64,000 nucleotides of DNA from the NCBI GenBank assembly GCA_035938095.1, contig DASZHF010000126.1:4264-68263 (forward strand), in the 5' to 3' direction. A program made the position numbers and the translations under genes. Positions 60,543 through 64,000 of the stretch are shown piece by piece (positions within the stretch are counted from its first letter, which is position 1; each line of letters begins with the position of its first letter). The stretch comes from Solirubrobacteraceae bacterium (lineage in GTDB: Bacteria > Actinomycetota > Thermoleophilia > Solirubrobacterales > Solirubrobacteraceae). Below the pieces are notes generated by a model that was not told the origin of the DNA, did no database searches, and saw only the letters and a program-made list of their open reading frames with translations.

Positions 60543-63275
60543 TCAGGCCGGGTTCAGTGCCAGCAGCGCGATCTCATCCGCGGCGAACAACCTCTCCAAC
60601 GTCGCCACCACCTCGGGATCGAACTGGGTCCCGGCACAGCGCCTAAGCTCGGCCAGCGCGTCGCCCGCCTCCACCCCACGGTGATAGGGACGATCGGCGG
60701 TCATCGCCTCGAAGGCGTCCGCCACGAACAGGATCCGCGACTCGAGGGGTATCTCGTAGCCGCCCAGGCCGTCCGGGTAGCCGCCTCCGTCCATGCGCTC
60801 GTGGTGATGGCGGATCCAGCGCGCCTCCTCGACCAGCCCCGCGTGGACCAGCATGCTGGCGCCCACCGCGGGATGGATCTTCATCTCGGCCCATTCGCCG
60901 GCATCCAGCGGGCCGGGCTTCTCGAGCACCGCCCGGCGCACTGCGATCTTGCCTATGTCGTGCAGGAAGCCCGCGCGGCGCAGTCTCACCACGTGCTCGG
61001 GCGCCAGCCCCAGAGCCTGACCCAGCGCGACCGCGTAGGCGGCCACGTTCTCGGAGTGGTCCTTGGTCGAGAGCTCCTGAACGTCGATGACCGAAACGAT
61101 CGCGTGCAGATGCGCCAGCATGGTGTCGCCCGGACCGCGCTCGTCGTCGAGAATGACCTCGCTGGCGATGGCGGACAGGTTCTTGCCGTTGCGCTTGGCC
61201 CAGTACAGAGCGGCGTCGGCCTGCTTGATCAGCTCGTCCGGCGACGTGGCGTCCTGGGGACAGCTGCTCACCCCCGCGCTCACGGTCACCCGGCGGTCGG
61301 GCAGGATCCGGTGGCGGGCGATCGCGGTGCGCAGCCGCTCGGCCACCAGCAGCGCATGGAGCTGGTCGGTCTCCGGGAGCAGGAGCGCGAACTCCTCCCC
61401 CCCGAGGCGCGCGAAGCTGTCCGTTCCCCGCATCAGCCCCTGCACGACGTGCGCGATCCGGCGCAGAGCGTCGTCCCCCGCGGCGTGGCCGAGGTTGTCG
61501 TTGATCGCCTTGAAGTCGTCGATGTCGAATAGGGCGATCGACACCGTCGAGCCGTAGCGCTCGGTGCGATGCAGCTCCTTATCCAGCGACTCGTAGAAGA
61601 AACGGCGGTTGTAAAGGCCGGTCAACGGATCCCGGATCGCCTGGTCGAGCTTCTCGCGGTAGTCGCGCGCGTTCTGCACGGCGATCGAGAGCTGGTCCAC
61701 GAGCAGCCGGAGCAGATCGAGCTCCGTGCTGGAATACGGGGATTGATCGGGGCGCACGATCGTCACCAGACCGATCTCGTGGCCCCGCGCCCGCAGGGCC
61801 AGCCGCGCGATCTCCCGCCCCCCACATTGCTCGATCGCCTCCTCCCCGCGCTGCCCGGCGTCCACCGCCGAGGCGCGTTCGGCGTGCCAGTCGCCGGCCA
61901 CCGCCCGGAGGTCGAGACCGCTGTCCGTCCAGACATGGACCGCCGAGCTGCGGGATCGGGCGGCCAGGTGCAGGACCCCGAGGCCGCGCTCGATGATCGG
62001 GGTCTCCTCGAGGCTCTGGGTCATCGTGGTGGCCAACCCCGTGAGCGCCTCGAGTTCCTCGTTGCGTCGCACCGCCTCCGCGCGCAGTTGACGCTCGCGC
62101 ACGATGGCCCGATGGTTGTCCACCACCAGGTACGCCTGGCGTCCGAACGCCAGCACAAGTACCAGCAGCCCGAGCAGGCCAAACCACAGGCCGGCCGCCA
62201 TCGTGAGCGCGCCGCCGAGCCAGAGTCCGGCTGCCACTGCGGGCAGGACCAGTACCGCCGTCACGGGCAGGATCACGCGGGCCCAGACCCAGCGCATCCC
62301 GTCGGTTGAGTTGACCTGCCGGGTCAGATCGGGCGCCGGTTGGCGCTCCAGCTCGGAGGCCAGCGCCAGCAGGTAGGCGGCGATCGTCCAGCACAGGGCG
62401 ATCGCCCACTGGCTGGACACGATCCGGTCAGCCGCTCCAGCGCTCACCAGGCCATCCCCGGCCGCGGCGGCTGCGGCCATCCCGGTCAGCGCCCACGCCA
62501 CGCGGCGCCGCGGACAGCCGGGCCTGGCGGTCAGGGCCAGAACGCCGGCGACGACGGCCAGCAGCTCAACGAAGAAGACCAGGCTGAGGAGCACGTCCCC
62601 GCGCGAGATGCCCGGGGTGATGATGAAGAAAGCAGCCGTCGCCAGCAGGAGGATGCCCGCCAGCAGGCCATCCACCAGCCGCTCGCGAGAGGCGGCCGGC
62701 AGGCTGGCCCGCAGCAGCCGGGCCATCCCGGCCAGCATGGCGAGCGAGCCGATGGCGCCCAGGTAGAAGGCCAGCCTCGTCCCGACCCCGACGACCGAGG
62801 AGAGCACGGCGATCAGCGAGCAGACGGCGGTGCTTCCAGCCGCGAAAGCGAGCCACAGCCAGATGGCGCGCCGCTCTCGCCCCTGGCGAGCCGTTCCCCA
62901 GCAGTGGAAGCTGGCGAACACCAGCAGCGCCAGCGGAACCGCGAAGATCAGGTCGCCCAGCGCCACCCCGATCACGGGGAGCAGGAAGGGTCCGGCGGTG
63001 ACCGCGACGAAGCTGGCCGATGCGTCGCGCTTGGGCTCGGCCTCGAAGGCGGCTTCCTCCGCGCCCAGCCCGGAGCGCTCGTAGTCGCTCATGGTGCAGG
63101 AGGACAGCCGGCAGCCGCAATCCGGGCAGCTGGGCGTGAGAACGGTGAGCGAAGCGGCCTCGCGGCGCCAACCGCAGAAGGCGCAGAAGTGCACGAAGGG
63201 GCGATCGGCCGCGGGGGACCGCGGAGGAAGGGTGGCGGGCGGCGCCGCCGGTCTCCTGGCAGGCATGTTGGTCAA
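60543..63275 (-). CDS. Membrane sensor: N-terminal zinc ribbon, multi-TM region, GAF-like domain, GGDEF diguanylate cyclase and HD-GYP phosphodiesterase
   Basis: The N-terminus has CAFC...CPDC, followed by about 8 TM helices. The cyclase domain shows DPLTGLYNRR and RGTDSFARLGGEEF (I-site RxxD plus active GGEEF). The HD-GYP domain shows HSENV...FLHDIGK...HHERMDGGGYPDGL. Confidence 0.9.
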   Translation of the reverse strand: MTNMPARRPAAPPATLPPRSPAADRPFVHFCAFCGWRREAASLTVLTPSCPDCGCRLSSCTMSDYERSGLGAEEAAFEAEPKRDASASFVAVTAGPFLLPVIGVALGDLIFAVPLALLVFASFHCWGTARQGRERRAIWLWLAFAAGSTAVCSLIAVLSSVVGVGTRLAFYLGAIGSLAMLAGMARLLRASLPAASRERLVDGLLAGILLLATAAFFIITPGISRGDVLLSLVFFVELLAVVAGVLALTARPGCPRRRVAWALTGMAAAAAAGDGLVSAGAADRIVSSQWAIALCWTIAAYLLALASELERQPAPDLTRQVNSTDGMRWVWARVILPVTAVLVLPAVAAGLWLGGALTMAAGLWFGLLGLLVLVLAFGRQAYLVVDNHRAIVRERQLRAEAVRRNEELEALTGLATTMTQSLEETPIIERGLGVLHLAARSRSSAVHVWTDSGLDLRAVAGDWHAERASAVDAGQRGEEAIEQCGGREIARLALRARGHEIGLVTIVRPDQSPYSSTELDLLRLLVDQLSIAVQNARDYREKLDQAIRDPLTGLYNRRFFYESLDKELHRTERYGSTVSIALFDIDDFKAINDNLGHAAGDDALRRIAHVVQGLMRGTDSFARLGGEEFALLLPETDQLHALLVAERLRTAIARHRILPDRRVTVSAGVSSCPQDATSPDELIKQADAALYWAKRNGKNLSAIASEVILDDERGPGDTMLAHLHAIVSVIDVQELSTKDHSENVAAYAVALGQALGLAPEHVVRLRRAGFLHDIGKIAVRRAVLEKPGPLDAGEWAEMKIHPAVGASMLVHAGLVEEARWIRHHHERMDGGGYPDGLGGYEIPLESRILFVADAFEAMTADRPYHRGVEAGDALAELRRCAGTQFDPEVVATLERLFAADEIALLALNPA

Positions 63276-63429
63276 GGTCGTTGGCAGCTGGACAACTCCG
63301 GTATCGGCAGCAGGCGTCCAGTCCTTCAGGGATGAGCGCCACCGTCTACGCGTCTGGAAGGGGCTCGCCCCGAGGGTCGAGGGCGGCGCATCCGCTCCTT
63401 TGACTGCCCCGAGCGGTTAAGGATCAGCG

Positions 63430-64000
63430 GTGGTGATGCCCCCCGTCACCGTGCCGACCAGGTTGACGCGCCGGCGCCTGCTGGGCGCGGGTCTGGCCGC
63501 CGGGGGCGCGATCGCGCTGGGCCGAGCCGCCCCGGTGCTGGGGGCAGAGCGCGCACGTAGTGTCGGGGCCGGACACTCGGGGGCGCCCGATCCCGTGTTC
63601 TCGGCCGAGCTGCCGGCCTCCCCGCGTCGCTCCGGCGGGGTCGCGGGCTGGATCGTTGGGCCCCCTGTCCAAGCGCCGCGGCGGTTCGACCTCGTCGGCG
63701 TCGAGTGGCAGGGACCTGTCGCGGCCGGCGTCCAGCTTCGCGTCCTTCGACGCGGCGGACGCTGGAGCCCATGGGTCGACGTGAGCGGCGACCGGGGCCA
63801 CATTCCCGATGGCCCGATCAGCTCGCGGCAGATCAGCGATCCCGTGTGGGCGGGAGGCGCAGACCTCGTTCAGCTCCGTGCCCCCCGCCCGTGGCCGCGT
63901 TCGTTACTTCACTTCGTCGACGTGACGCGGACCGAGCCATCGGGGCGCCGCGGGGTGGTGGCACCCGCCATGGCAGCTCTCCAGACCTCCGGTCACGCCC
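63430..64000 (+). CDS. Partial (N-terminal) Tat-signal secreted protein; possibly a cell-wall amidase-type protein
   Basis: Not in the track because the frame stays open to the window end. GTG/GTG/ATG at 63430..63438, then PVTVPTRLTRRRLLGAGLAAGGAIALG (twin-arginine signal) and RRFDLVGVEWQGP...GRWSPW. AAGGA lies 8 nt upstream. Confidence 0.5.
   Translation, partial: MVMPPVTVPTRLTRRRLLGAGLAAGGAIALGRAAPVLGAERARSVGAGHSGAPDPVFSAELPASPRRSGGVAGWIVGPPVQAPRRFDLVGVEWQGPVAAGVQLRVLRRGGRWSPWVDVSGDRGHIPDGPISSRQISDPVWAGGADLVQLRAPRPWPRSLLHFVDVTRTEPSGRRGVVAPAMAALQTSGHA

Overview
Very GC-rich DNA (about 70% by eye). The gene content looks actinobacterial, possibly Thermoleophilia or Solirubrobacterales, but that placement is a guess from protein flavour only. 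I saw no rRNA, tRNA, CRISPR array, transposase or integrase. Most of the window is a large, split cell-envelope glycan (EPS or O-antigen-like) assembly locus. It encodes a Wzz/BY-kinase, a PHP tyrosine phosphatase, a Wzx-like flippase and two O-antigen-ligase/Wzy-like proteins with TPR tails. It also has two different priming transferases (WecA/MraY type and WbaP type), at least five GT-B glycosyltransferases and four methyltransferases. An AsnB-type amidotransferase, a deacetylase-like protein and two SDR epimerase/dehydratases complete it. Embedded in the locus are signalling genes: a PAS hybrid histidine kinase with an OmpR-type regulator, an atypical REC-GGDEF-EAL protein and a TM-GAF-GGDEF-HD-GYP protein. 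Several secreted proteins of unknown function are also present. The flanks carry TetR, ArsR and LysR regulators and small redox genes. The observations most worth follow-up are listed here. (1) A rhodanese-CBS gene is interrupted by one in-frame TGA, apparently at a CxxxxC cysteine position, with a hairpin just downstream, so it is a selenocysteine candidate or a pseudogene. (2) A heptamer, TCTTACC, recurs as 11/22-nt phased direct repeats upstream of six genes or operons and resembles PHO-box-type response-regulator sites. (3) A three-member uncharacterised secreted protein family is present; two members follow paralogous ArsR-like regulators. (4) A 96-aa LPXTG mini-protein lies directly upstream of the WbaP-type priming transferase, next to a 370-nt low-GC, palindrome-rich region. 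(5) A 982-aa coiled-coil protein carries 33-bp (11-residue) tandem repeats. Many long ORFs in the track are antisense or out-of-frame artefacts of the high GC content and were rejected.
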